Shown: in pieces, positions 1 through 11,439 of the stretch
Numbering within the stretch: position 1 is the stretch's first letter
Layout of the letters: the number at the start of each line of letters is the position of its first letter
Assembly (NCBI RefSeq): GCF_004010195.1
Contig: NC_057718.1
Span: forward strand, 47,885,803 to 47,949,802
Direction of reading: 5' to 3'
Origin: Chiloscyllium plagiosum
Lineage: Eukaryota
DNA: 64,000 bases
Translations under genes and position numbers: made by a program
Notes under the pieces: generated by a model
The model's database searches: none
What the model was told of the DNA's origin: nothing
Seen by the model: the letters and a program-made list of their open reading frames with translations, nothing else

Positions 1-272
1 CTCTCTGCGCCTTACATTTACATTCAAGGATGCTCATTCTAAATCTGACATTGCATATTCAGCCCACCACGTCTCATGCACGAAAGCTCTTGGTATTGCA
101 TTGCATCCTATCCGCTTATTGGCTCTCACCCACCTCATCCTCCCAAACTAACCCTTTTTGCACTCTGTGCTTCCCATCACTTCAATGAGGCCACCTTGCT
201 GCCTATCCTGTGTATGTATCAGTATTACCTAATTTTCTGTCATATGTAATTTCTCCCTTTGCCTCATTACAG

Positions 273-1330
273 GAAACAGTGGTCTTTAACCAGACAGAGA
301 ATCCAAAATCAATGGGGAGGCAGGTGGCAGACATCAAACTCATTCCTCTTGTATGAAGTAAATCTAGATTTGACTGGAGAAGATAATGATTGCTCATGTG
401 GGGGGTGAAGAGACCTCTAGTGGGCAGCAAACCAGTAAGCTTCATTGTGCTGTGCTGTTCTCCTATTATGATCCGTGCTAATTCTTACTCAATGTGCACA
501 ATTTCTTGTCTATCTTTGACAACTACTTTCCTCTTCTATATGCAGGCAGTAGTGGCACTCAGTGAATGTTTGCAAACACCCACAGCTGCACGTCGATCTC
601 TGAAGGGAAGGTACTGCCCCTCGGATAGCATTGGTAAAACTTTCACCTGCACCTCCAGCAGCTCAGAGATTTTCACATTAGTAGCTTCTCTTTCTAGTTT
701 GGACTCCAGAGTGAGTGGTGGTGAGTCTGGTGATTCCATCGCTGACATGTTTCTGCAGCTGGTTGAGGAAAGAAAGCCCTAAGTCTGTGATTCTCTGAGG
801 AATGCCGCTTTGCTCCTGGCAAACTAAGACCCTGTTCTCAGCCATTAATTACTTTGTCAGTCTGCATAGACAAGCTAAGGAAAATCAGGCACATTTGTCA
901 GGGGCCTGCAGAAAGCCAAGCCAAAGGATGGAGGAGTCCATTGATTTTATCGATACTGTGCTGGCTTAGGGATGTCTGCATCTAGCTAACTCTGTGGACT
1001 GGTGACCACCATGGAGACATAGGTCCGGTACTCCTGTGGTCTGCTAGACTTGTGCACAGACATGCTTGATATCATTGGCAAGGCAAGAAGGAGATGAAGG
1101 ACCTTGTCCTTACTCCTGCCACTCTGGGAGACCGGGTGCAAAGAGGCATTTAGAGAGAGGAGGAGTGGCATAGAGGTACTACCACCCCCCCCCAAAAAAA
1201 AAGTAGCAGCTTCTTTGGATGATGCAGCAATGCCCAGCTCCTCTACCTTGCTCTTTCTTGTGATTCCCAAGCTTCCAGTTGTTCAAGCTGAATGCAGGAG
1301 AATGAGCCTGCACTCGGAGCAAGATACTTT
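273..1330 (+). pseudogene. Degenerate Myb/SANT-like partner gene of a PIF/Harbinger transposon (exon remnants)
   Basis: Exon-like block 273-434 between a pyrimidine-rich ttacag acceptor and a gtaagc donor. It reads ETVVFNQTE..GRQVADIKLI../..DLTGEDNDCSCGG, resembling the recalled Harbinger Myb-protein motif EKxAHNxRE..TGGG.PDIRxLT..EE..LELTGED. A coiled-coil-like QRMEESI..LAxGCLHLANSV lies near 920-1000. Convergent with the transposase relic. Many stops and frameshifts. Confidence 0.45.
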
Positions 1331-2399
1331 CACCAAAGTTAGATAGCATGGGTGAAATATCACTGTCAATAAATGTTCACTTTTGTAAACATATACTGTT
1401 ATAGTGTCTTCTGTGTATAATTTTTGTTGTCGGACCTGGTAAGTCAAACCTGTGTGGGAGATTAACAGCCCCTTCACACAAGGATGAAAGGAATTACAAT
1501 TATCAAGCTTTGTTCATCTCTCACAAGCAATAGGCTTTTTGACTGCATATGGCCTTAAGGCATTAGATATTCTTGAAAGTCACTGAGGACTGCTGCCAAG
1601 GTGCTATGCTTTAATGCAGAAAACAATGAAGATAAACACAATTTGCAGGAAGTGTGCTGGGCCTGGCTTGCATATGTTATTCCACATTAAGACTCACCCT
1701 ATGAGTGAAAATACAGAATCTTTCTGGAGAGAAAGATTTATGCTAAGTATCAGCTGTTCAAGGAAAAGCGTATACTACCATTCAAGGATGCCAGGTGTGC
1801 AAGTCCACTTTCAGCACTTGGTATGCTGGGAAAAGCTGTACAGCCTGCTGCCTCTTGCAGGTTGAGTGCACTTTGAGAGGATGCACAATCATTTTGGAAC
1901 GACAGGCCCTCTGTGTGCACTCTGAACAATAAAATGTCATCCATGATGAAAGGAGGTTGGTATCAGCTCGCTATTAGGAGAGATTTTGCTACACAGCAGC
2001 TGGAAATTATATCCTAATAGATGTCCTAATAGCTACCTAACCTTAGACACACTGTGTTAGTGCTTTGTCTCACTGGCTGCTGCTTTTTCATTAACTGTCA
2101 ATAGAACATTGTATGGATCCACGTATGGATCACCTGAAGATTTCAAGCTTGCAAATACATGATAACGAGGCATTTATTCAGCAACCCAATAGGTCAAAAA
2201 CTACACAGTAACAAGGTCCACATGCCCTTTGCATTAAGCAGTGCTTTCTCATTGTATTACAAGTAGAATCTTAAACATTTAAATGAAGTCCAAATCCATC
2301 GTGAGGATCCCAGATTTTCTTTAGTCTGCCTTCTTAATGCTTACTCTGTCATAGTCTCTTGGATGGTTCTGGTCAATATCCTCATCACGTTCATCCTCA

Positions 2400-3300
2400 G
2401 AATATTGCTGTTATCCCATTTTGTCTGCATTCAGGGCCCCCTCTCTTGCTTTGTCAGTTCCTGTTGTGAAGAGTGATGCAGGCCACACTTTCTGAGCTGT
2501 TCTGCAAGAACCTGTCAGAGCAATCTGAATATCAAAACCTCATCCGAAGGAGGCCTAAGGTGTGTTCCACTATGGTCAAAGCAACGGCAGCATTATCTCT
2601 TCATTCTGTGTCAGTCCAATTTTTTGTAAAGGTAACATGAGCTGTTTTTGTAGGGGCAGCCATCCCTGTATGGTCGGAGTACCTTGGAAGACAATGGGAG
2701 CTTAACAGTTTTAAGTATGTAAGACTCTTGGCTACCCCCAGGATATCTGGCACAGACCTCCAGAATTTGACATCTATGGTCAAATATAATTTGAACACTA
2801 ATGGAGTAAAAGCCTTTTTCTGTTGACAACACTGAAATTTAACAACAGGTGCTCTCGAAGCAGTGTGGGTGCAGTCAGCATGCATCTGGAAGAAGGTAGT
2901 GATAGCAGAGAATCTCAGGGCTGGAGCTGATTGAACCTCCTTTTCATATGGCACTGATATAAAGATCTGTGCTCTGGCGAAAGCAGCAGCAGTATCATCC
3001 CAGGTGCATTCATTAGTTGATGATTGGGAAATGCCATATAGCTCCCCCAGCTGCTCCTTGAAACAAGCTGCTGACACCAAAATTGAGGACAGCTAAGATC
3101 TTGACAGTCACCAGGATGGGACTGCCACCAAGTCCTTCTGGGTACAAGTCCTGCTGCAGCAGACAACACAGTTTGGCGATGGTGGAATGGTACATTTTTA
3201 ATTGGTGCTCGCACTGTCTTTCAGACAGTTGTGGAAAGTGACTAGGCCTGTAGATGCGGAATCTCGTCATTGTTTCTCCACAGAGTATATTCACCTGCTG
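2400..3300 (-). mobile_element. Degenerate PIF/Harbinger (HARBI1-family) DDE transposase
   Basis: Frameshifted pieces in the expected order: RIYRP..LSERQC..LCCLLQQDL..VTVKILAVLNF..LFQG; LYGISQSS..AFARA..F..HADCTH (first D); KGFYSISVQIIFDH..ILEVCARYPGGSQESYIL; GWLPLQKQLMLP (LGDxGY motif missing); TIVEHTLGLLRMRF (catalytic E, about 2535-2576). Confidence 0.85.
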
Positions 3301-3559
3301 ATTCTCCCTCTGAAGTCTGTGTGATAGCTGCTGGAGGGTACTGTTTTTGCTGGACTTGCCAGTGATGTTGTAATTGCTCTCCTTCAACGTTGTCTTTGAG
3401 TGCCAAGGCCATAGTGACTCCAGTAATGGTGTTTTCCCTGTAGTATCTCTGAACAAATTGTGGGGAAGTTTCAGAAAGATGAAGCAATCTTATTGAAGGA
3501 ACACCTAAAACCTCGTATCCAGAGCACTAAAGCCTGATGTTAAGTCCTCATGCTGTGTC

Positions 3560-4420
3560 AAGAAGTGTGGTGCTGGAAAAGCACAGCCAGTCAGGCAGCA
3601 TTCGACGTTTTGAGCATAAACTCTTCATCAGGAATGTGGGGGGAGCTCAAGGGGGCTGAGAGATAAATGGGAGGGGGGGAAGGTAACTAGGAACACGATA
3701 GATAGGTGAAGGTGGGGTGATGGTAATGGTCGAAGCGGAGGGTGGAGTGGAGAGGTGGGAGAGAAGATGGACAGGTAGGACAGATCGAGAGGCCCCTGCC
3801 GAGTTTGAGGGTTAGATCTGGGATAAGGAGGGGGAGAGGAGATGAGGACACAGGTGAAATTGACATTAATCCCATGTGGTTGAAGGGTTCAGACCAGAAG
3901 ATGAGGTGTTCTTTTTCCAGTCGTTGGGTGGCTAGGATTTGGCATGGAGGAGGCCCAGGACTTGCATGTCCTTGGCAGAGTTGTGGAGGAGTTGAAGTGA
4001 TTGGCCATAGAGCAGTGGTGTTGTTTAGTGTATGTGTCCCGGATATTTTCTCTGAAATGTTCCAGAAGTTGGCTTCCTTCTCCCCAATGTAGAGGACACC
4101 ACATCAAGAGCAATGGACACAGTAGATGAGGTGTTTTAATGTGCAGGAAAATCTCTGCCGATGTGGAAGGATCCCTTCATCCAGCCTATCGCCATCACCC
4201 CCAACTCCATCCATCTATCGCATTCCTAGCTACCTTTCCCCCAATCCCACCTCCCCTCCCATTTATCTCTCTGCTCCCTTGCCACCCCCCCCATTTCTGA
4301 TGAAGAGCTTATACTCAAAACGTCAACTCTCCTCCTCAGATGCTGTCCAACTGGCTGTGCTTTTCCAGTGCCATACTTTTTGATATGACTTTGATCTCCA
4401 GCATCTACAGTCCTCACTTG
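3560..4420. mobile_element. Truncated Penelope-like retroelement with inverted pseudo-LTRs
   Basis: 3560-4170 on - holds a GIY-YIG endonuclease remnant (LHWGEGSQLLEHFRENIRDT..HCSMANHFNS, compare YIGET..L.ERFREH..VA.HFNS) plus a pLTR. 4175-4420 on + is a second pLTR ending ctccagcatctacagtcctcactt. Confidence 0.8.
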
Positions 4421-4639
4421 CCCTGTCATAAAGTTTGGCATGGAGGCTTCCCAAGGAGGTCATTGTGAAGCCTCTGTTAAGGAGCTGTAAGGTATATGAC
4501 CATATCTAATTGTATGTAGTACTACCAAGACTTTCATGCAACATAGGGAATAGAATTCTGCCATGCCAATGTTTTTTACTTTGCCCCGGAAGAGAAAAGT
4601 AGCTTACTTCACATACTTTGCATGCAGTGGCAGCCATTT

Positions 4640-5360
4640 TGTGTACTTGTATTAATTTTCTCATGGGATGTGGGCAGCACCGGCTAGACCAGCATTTATT
4701 GCCCATCGCTCATTGCCCTGGAGAAGATGGTGTGATGAGCTGTCTTCTTGAACTGCTGTAGTTGTTGGAGTTTAGAGACAACCACTGTGTTAGGAAGGCA
4801 CTTACAGGAACTTGACCCAGTGACAGTGAAGAAAGAGCAATATAGTTCCAGTTCACAGTAGTGTGCGACTTGGAGAGAAACCTGCAGGTAATGGTCTTCC
4901 TATGCATCTGTTCCCCTTGTCCTTCTAGATGTTAGAAGTCTCAGATTTGAAAGGTTCTGTTGGAAGAGCTCTGGTGAGTTACTACAGTTTATGTTCTAGA
5001 TGGCACATTGCTGGTGTTGAAGATGGTGATTGGGTGCCAATCAAGCGGGCTGCTTTGTTCTGGATAGTTTCCCACTACACTCCTCATGTGTCTTATAGAT
5101 GGTGGACAGGTACTGAGAATATTGGAAGTGGTTTTCTTGCCGCAAAGTTGATTTGAACTTGTGGACACAATATTTATATAGCTGGTCCAGTTCAGTTTTT
5201 GGTCAGTGGTAATTCCCAGGATACTAATTATGGAGGATTCAATGATGATGATGCCATTGAATGTCAAGCAGTGATGGTTAGAGTCTCTCTTGTTTGAATT
5301 GGTTATTTCCTGGCACTTGTGTGATGTAAATGTTACTTGCCATTCATCATGACACAAGAA
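4640..5360 (-). mobile_element. LINE 3' fragment, CR1/L2-clade 'family B'
   Basis: Shared terminal motif gatgtgggc..ccagcatttattgcccatc..ttgccctggagaagatggtg, plus RT-tail translation ISILGITTDQKLNWTSYIN. The same family recurs at about 13410-13970, 17760-18230, 46165-47160, 59490-60380 and 63930-64000. Confidence 0.75.
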
Positions 5361-5529
5361 CATGTATTCTGTTTTTAATTCTTTTGCAGAATTATTTTGC
5401 TTTTCTCACATGGACACAGTACTTTTTTTTAGAAAGGTTAATATTGTGTCAATCTAGTTTTTGAGTTTGAAATGCTGAGTAAAAATGTGCATCATTATTC
5501 CAATTTCAATTATGTTTGCATTCGTTTAG

Positions 5530-5633
5530 ATGAAGATATCAATGGAAGAGTTCAGAAGCTTGGCAACACGCTACCATGACCTTTATCAGTCATCTTTTGA
5601 TGCTGACTCTGCTACCTTGAGAAATGTTGAGCT
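5530..5633 (+). CDS. INTS7: Integrator complex subunit 7, internal exon (MKISMEEFRSLATRYHDLYQSSFDADSATLRNVEL)
   Basis: tttag acceptor; translation matches recalled vertebrate INTS7 (SMEEFRSLA.RY.DLYQ.SFDADSATLRNVEL). Ends in phase 2 at a GTATCCTTT U12 donor. Confidence 0.95.
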
Positions 5634-6799
5634 GTATCCTTTTCTGCTGAGCTGTAAATTACTGTTTTGAACATCAGTTGTGGTGACAAAAAAAAACTAT
5701 GTGGAGGCAAAATAACCAAAGAACTGTCAGTTGTGTAGATATTACTAGTCTCAGCAAGTAATTGGTTTGTGTATTACTTTTAATTAGCAATTGCAAATGC
5801 ATGCCGAATTGTTTTGAGTTACACAGCAAGGTGCAAATGGCCTTCTCTATCAACATTATTAAAATTCATAGGAACAGGAGTAGGCCATTCAGCCCATTAA
5901 GCTGCTCTGCTATTTAATATGATCGCGGCTAATTGAACACTTCAATGCCTTTTATCCACTTGATCCTTATAATTCTTTACACCATCGGTAATCAAATATT
6001 TATCAACATGTACCTTAAATATACTTTCACCAAGCTTCCACAGCTTTCTGGCTATAGAATTACAAAGATTCACCACCAACTGAATAAGAATAATTCTCCT
6101 TATTTAAGTCCCAAATGTGCCCCAAATGTACCATTAAATTGTGCCCCTGGTACTAGATTCCCTAAGCAGGGGAAACATCTTATTGTACGCACTCTGTGTA
6201 TTCCTTCAAGTATTCCGAAGGATTCAATGAGATCACCTCTCATTCTTCGAAACTTCAAAAAATACAGACCCAGTTTGCTCAATCTCTCTTCATTGGGCAA
6301 TCTCCCTGTCCCAGGAGCAAGTCTGGTAAACCTTGGTTGAACTCTTTCTGTGGCAATAATATCTTTCCTGAGATAAGAAGACCACAATTTGACAAGTTTT
6401 TAATTTGCACATGGGTTAACTCAATCCTGCCACCTGAAGACAGTATGTTGGTGGATTTTGTTTTATGCTGCATTGACATGAGCATTGGTAGTTAGTGATT
6501 GGGAAGCAGGGGGTGAATCAGATTGGTCAATCTTAAATCCTCTGTTTGACATTTAAAAGGCAAGAAGTGACCTACGTAAATGGTGATCAATCAATGTCAC
6601 CAGTCTTATGCTGTCCTAAAGGTACAAGTTGCCATCTTGAGTTGAATGCAGAGGCAGAATAAGTCAATAACATAAATTTTGAAGGGTTATTTCTGTTATC
6701 AAAGCTGGTCTCCATTTTTACTGACTTATAATGTACACAAATGAGAACATTTGTGACTAAATTAGTTGCTAATCACTGTGGCCTTAACTTTATTCATAG
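5634..6799 (+). other. INTS7: U12-type (minor spliceosome) GT-AG intron of INTS7
   Basis: 5' splice site GTATCCTTTT (5634-5643), branch point CCTTAAC (6782-6788) about 12 nt upstream of the AG at 6798-6799, and little polypyrimidine tract. The joined codon CT|A is Leu and keeps the frame. Confidence 0.92.
5868..6390 (-). mobile_element. CR1 LINE 3' fragment inside the U12 intron
   Basis: Translation WSSYLRKDIIATERVQPRFTRLAPG..EERLSKLGLYFLKFRRMRGDLIE (CR1 ORF2 C-terminus) and a CR1-type 3' tail. Confidence 0.85.
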
Positions 6800-6868
6800 A
6801 CAACAACAAAGTTGCCTACTGATTTCCCACTCTATTGAAGCTCTAATCCTAGATCCGGATTCTGCTAG
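6800..6868 (+). CDS. INTS7: INTS7 internal exon (QQQSCLLISHSIEALILDPDSA)
   Basis: 69 nt, phase 2 to 2, gtaatg donor; matches recalled INTS7 QQQSCLLISHAIEALILDPESA. Confidence 0.95.
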
Positions 6869-6914
6869 GTAATGGTGTGCCTTCTATTGTGTGGTAGTTT
6901 CTCTGATATAGTGG

Positions 6915-7141
6915 AGAAAGTGAGGTCTGCAGATGCTGGAGATCAGAGCTGAAAATGTGTTGCTGGAAAAGCGCAGCAGGTCAGGCAGCATCCAGGGAAC
7001 AGGAGAATCGACATTTCGGGTATAAGCCCTTCTTCAGGAATCTTCCTGAAGAAGGGCTTATGCCCGAAACGTCGATTCTCCTGTTCCCTGGATGCTGCCT
7101 GACCTGCTGCGCTTTTCCAGCAACACATTTTCATCTCTGAT
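6915..7141. mobile_element. Palindromic non-autonomous Penelope pLTR mini-element with hammerhead-like core
   Basis: 99-bp inverted arms 6942-7040 and 7043-7141 with 3 mismatches and a 2-nt spacer. Flanked by the direct repeat tctctgatatagtgg (6900-6914 and 7134-7148). The arms match the pLTR at 36735-36868. Confidence 0.85.
7046..7073 (+). ncRNA. Minimal type I hammerhead ribozyme-like motif in pLTR
   Basis: CTGAAGA-A-GGGC(TTAT)GCCC-GAAAC-GTC: conserved core, 4-bp stem II, an extra A after A9, and a loopless palindromic ACGT stem III. Stem I pairing is weak and activity is not shown. Confidence 0.6.
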
Positions 7142-8973
7142 ATAGTGGTATACCTTGAAATATCCTTGGCAGGAATTTATTATAAAGAAGTGGGGTGTGT
7201 AGTGGGTTAGAAACCTCATTTCCATTTCAATTTTGAAATCAACTGGACTGGTGGGATAATTTATTTTTGTTCTGCTAGTTGTGATGGACTTAGTGAAACA
7301 ATTTTTCAGATTCCTTCCTGGCCCTACTGCCCTGCATCAATTTCCTGATAAATTTAACAAGCAATGACTTAGATTGCCAGTCTCATTCAGACACCAGAAG
7401 CAGCAGTAGGTGATGTTTTAAGGTTGGCAATGAGGTTTGTTTGGAGTGCAGAATTGAAATATTGTTAGTTCATAGATGTTTGTGATATACATGACTTGAC
7501 GTCATTTAGAAGTAGTTCAAAAGTGTACCCAAAGGGTCATTATTAACATTCTCCGCTGCAAATCTTGTTAGGATATCAAATATCTAGCCAAGAATTGTGA
7601 AGTTTTTAACAGCCCAGCTTGCAGACAACTCCAGTGCTGCAAATTAAATATATCACAATCAAAAAGTTATAAAAATTCAATGACTGATACAGTGAAGTTT
7701 GAAACTTGATGAAATTCTACAGTTCACCTCTTCAGAAACCTCTTGGGAACCTCTGTTTAATGCTGATCTCTTGATTAGGATGAATGAATTGTTATGTTAC
7801 CAACTGCATAAGATATTGATGTTGGCTGTTGTAAAGGCAGCTTATGTTATCTTCTGTGGGATAGTACTCACTAAAGTATAAAATTAATTTTCAGAATTAC
7901 AGAAGTCATTTATAGCGTCAAAATTAGCCATAATATTTCAATAAAAAGCCAGTCTCAACAGCCTCTCCCTGATCTTCAGTGACACCACCATGATTCATTT
8001 CCACCATTAACCATTGACTCTGTACAGGCTGGGCCAGGCACATCAATATTCTGTCTGCAGTATCTGAGGAGATAGAGTGGTTTTGAACAAGTGGGTCATT
8101 TCATGATCTTTCAATGCCTTTACCATAAATCTTGACTGAAAGTTGTCTTTCCAATTCTGAAAATTGCAGCTTTAAGTGTATCATAGGGTCTCATCTGAAT
8201 CAAAGTTAAAGCCACTGAGAACATTTCTCACCCTGAAAAATCATGTTTGATATAGTATTTCAGGTTGTAAGTGTGCAGCACTTTGAACTCCTGATTGAAT
8301 TAACTTGCAAATTAAAATACATTGCTAAATATAAAAGCAATACAATATGTAATTAAAATGTTCTCACCAGACAGATCAAGCCAGATTGACTGGGCTGCAT
8401 CGAGCAGCAGAAGTTGATCTGTGCAGGTGATCAGCTGAAGTCCTAGGGCTACCTGTACTGACCAGTTTCTGTCATTAGATGGAGCCCTAGATTTCAGTCA
8501 AATTCCAAACAGGTTTGTGCAACACTAATAATTAAGAGAAGAAACCTGTGGCTGAAGGTCAAAGATAAGTGAATCAGTGGTAAGCAGGGACATGCTGTAC
8601 ATAATAGTCATTTGTAATGGAATACTCACAATGGGCAAGATGGTTATAGCCATAATATCACTTGAAGTTAAACAACCATTTAACACACAGCAGTTTACTT
8701 CATTGATGTCCCTGCCTCTCGGCTCAATACCCTATGTGTCTTATTAACAAAACACCATGACTGTAATATGTAAAATTCATATTGCAGCAACTCGTCAAGC
8801 TTACTTTGAAAGCATTCTAGCCTCATTATCTCTTCCATCAAGGACAAGAGCAACAGAATCATGAGCATACCATCTGATTTATTAAAAGGACTACAGAGGT
8901 TTAAGGAGAAGGCTACCACCAACTTCGTGGTAACTGGAAATGGCAATAAATGTGGCTTACCAATTTTGCCCAC

Positions 8974-9905
8974 ATAGTCATAGAGATATACAGCACGGAA
9001 ACAGACCCTTCAGTCCAACCCGTCCATGCTGACCAGATAATCCAATCTAATCTAGTACCATTCACCAGCACTTGGCCTATATCCCTCCAAACCCTTCCTA
9101 TTCATATACCCATCCAGATGCCGTTTAAATGTTGCAATTGTACCAGCCTCCACCACTTCCTTTGGCAGCTCATTCCATGCATGCACCACCTTCTGCAAGA
9201 AAATGTTGTCCATTAGGTCCCTTTTATATCTTTCCCCTCACAACCTAAACCTATGCCCCATAGTTCTGGACTATGGGGAAAAGACTTTGTCTATTTACCC
9301 TATCCATGCCCCTCATGATTTTATAAACCTCTATGAGGTCACTCCTCAGCCTTCAACGCTCCAGGGAAGACAGCCCCAGCCTAGTCAGCCTCGCCCTATA
9401 TACCTGCGACTACTTTCAAGGAGCTATGAACCTGCACTGCAAGGTCTCTTTGTTCAGCAACACTGCCTAGGACCTTACCATTAAGTGTATAAGTCCTGCT
9501 AAGATTTGCTTTCCTAAAATGCAGCACCTTGCATTTATCTAAATTAAAATCCATCTGTCACTCCTCAGCCCATTGGCCCATCTGATCAAGATCCTGTTGT
9601 AATCTGAGGTAACCCTCTTCGCTGTCCACTACACCTCCAATTTTGGTGTCATCTGCAAACTTACTAACTATACCTCCTGTGTTCACATCGAAATCATTTA
9701 TGTAAGTGACGAGAAGTATTGGGCCCAGCACCGATCCTTGTGGCACTCCACTGGTCACAGGCCTCCAGTCTGAGAAACAACACTCCACCACCACCGTCTG
9801 TCTTCTACCTTTGAGCCAGTTCTGTATCCAAATGGCTAGTTTTCCCTGTATTCCATGAGATTCAACCTTGCTAATCAGTCTCCCATGGGGAACCTTGTCA
9901 AACAT
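8974..9905 (-). mobile_element. CR1 LINE 3' portion with internal deletions
   Basis: RT motifs FDKVPHGRL..SGVPQGSVLGP..SKFADDTK and a catagtcatagag 3' tail. Confidence 0.9.
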
Positions 9906-11181
9906 CCGAGGAATAAAATTGTAAAACAAGTTACAAATCCAGAATATATTTTTCAGTCATTGTATTCAGTCATAATAAACACTTTCTGAGCAAACAGAGC
10001 TTCTGTACTGCTTGGGCTGCTGGTACCAAATTCTATCTGGTACTAAGAGTTTGCTGATTAGATGTGGATATCTTGCACAATTGAACCATCCTCAGATTAT
10101 TCTGTTCTAGAACATCCTAATTCACTGCCTGCTGTATTAGTATATGAATCTCAGAATTTTGATTATACTTAACTTATATATGTTACCTATTGAACCTTTT
10201 TGATTTATTTGTACAGTGGTTTATTTCAAGTTTTTCATGTGGCATGCCTGAAAACTCCAGTAGCAATGCTCTGAATTATTTCCTAGGTAGCAGAAGTATA
10301 ATCCCACTCTTAACTAATATTTACTTCCTAGTAACTATTCAAAAAATGTCATTTCCTCTGTATGAGAATATCTTGAGTACCAGATTAATTACTGATGATT
10401 TCAGATACCCTGGGAGACAATTTTTCATGGAGACAATTTTTTCTTTTGGTCAGAGCAACTAATGGACATTCGTTTCACCAATAATTTCAGTGAGAGAGCT
10501 ATTAAGCATCCACGATTCTTTGTGACAAACTAAACTAATTCCGTGAAATTTTCATGCAGATTGCTTTGCACTGGATGAAATATATTGCTCTGTTTTTGTC
10601 TTCTCTTACCTCCCATCCCATCTCGGTTCTTGGGAATGGGGTGAGGATGACTCAAATTTAGAATCCTATTTTCACATAAGTATCAATGTCTTCTTCAAAA
10701 ATACAAAATTGTGGCAATTTATACATTTTTGCTGTCTTTATATGAGACAGACCAATATGATAGTTTCTATGGGGGGGGGGGGGGGCAATGCTGTTGGATG
10801 CTTCAGGGCATCCTCAAAGTTGTTTTTAATTTATAATATTCCCTTTTTTTAACTTGGTGCATAAAGCACCTGATCTGGTTGATGCATCGACCTTGGCTAT
10901 CATAAATCTATTTAGATCATGAAGCTAGTTGCGTAGAGTGAATACTCTACAGAACAAAAGTGAGAGGGCTCTTTTATTAATTTTGCATTGCATAATTCTG
11001 TCACCCTCCTGTTCTTCAAATAAAATTGTAGCCATTCCTATCAATTCTAAAATATGTATTGAAAGAAATATAGTGCATGAACTAAAGGGTATAATATGTA
11101 TAAACTGACATGGCTTAGAGGTAAATGTATTATTGCTGAAAAGTTTTTTAAGATTATTTGTTTTAATTGATTCCCCTGCAG

Positions 11182-11314
11182 TTTCCAAGAATATAGTTGT
11201 AGTGGGAATGTGTACGCAGAGAGTGAATATGAAAGAAGCATGCTGTCTGTGTTTGCTCAGGTCCTGGAGGATGTTGAGGCCCTGAACAGAAAGTACCCTC
11301 CAGTTTCCTACTTG
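11182..11314 (+). CDS. INTS7: INTS7 internal exon (FQEYSCSGNVYAESEYERSMLSVFAQVLEDVEALNRKYPPVSYL)
   Basis: cccctgcag acceptor, gtaagt donor, 133 nt, phase 2 to 0; matches recalled INTS7 FQEY..SEYER.M.SV..VLE.VE.LNRKY.PVSY. Confidence 0.95.
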
Positions 11315-11439
11315 GTAAGTAACATAGGTTGCATAGGTAACATAGGCTTAATAACAAATGGTGGTAGCTTTGTGCCTGTAAAATACCTTTGTTGTGTGAA
11401 AAAATTTTCAGCTCCTCAAATAATTGAAAAAATTAATTT

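Noticed and set aside
2400..3300. Domesticated HARBI1 gene
   Set aside because: Multiple frameshifts and stops, and the second catalytic Asp motif is deleted.
6943..7140. Near-identical ORFs on both strands (MCCWKSAAGQAASREQENR..)
   Set aside because: An artefact of the pLTR palindrome; not protein-coding.
10412..10443. Short tandem duplication ggagacaattttt x2 (similar cases near 25463 and 47298)
   Set aside because: Ordinary slippage duplications with no further structure.
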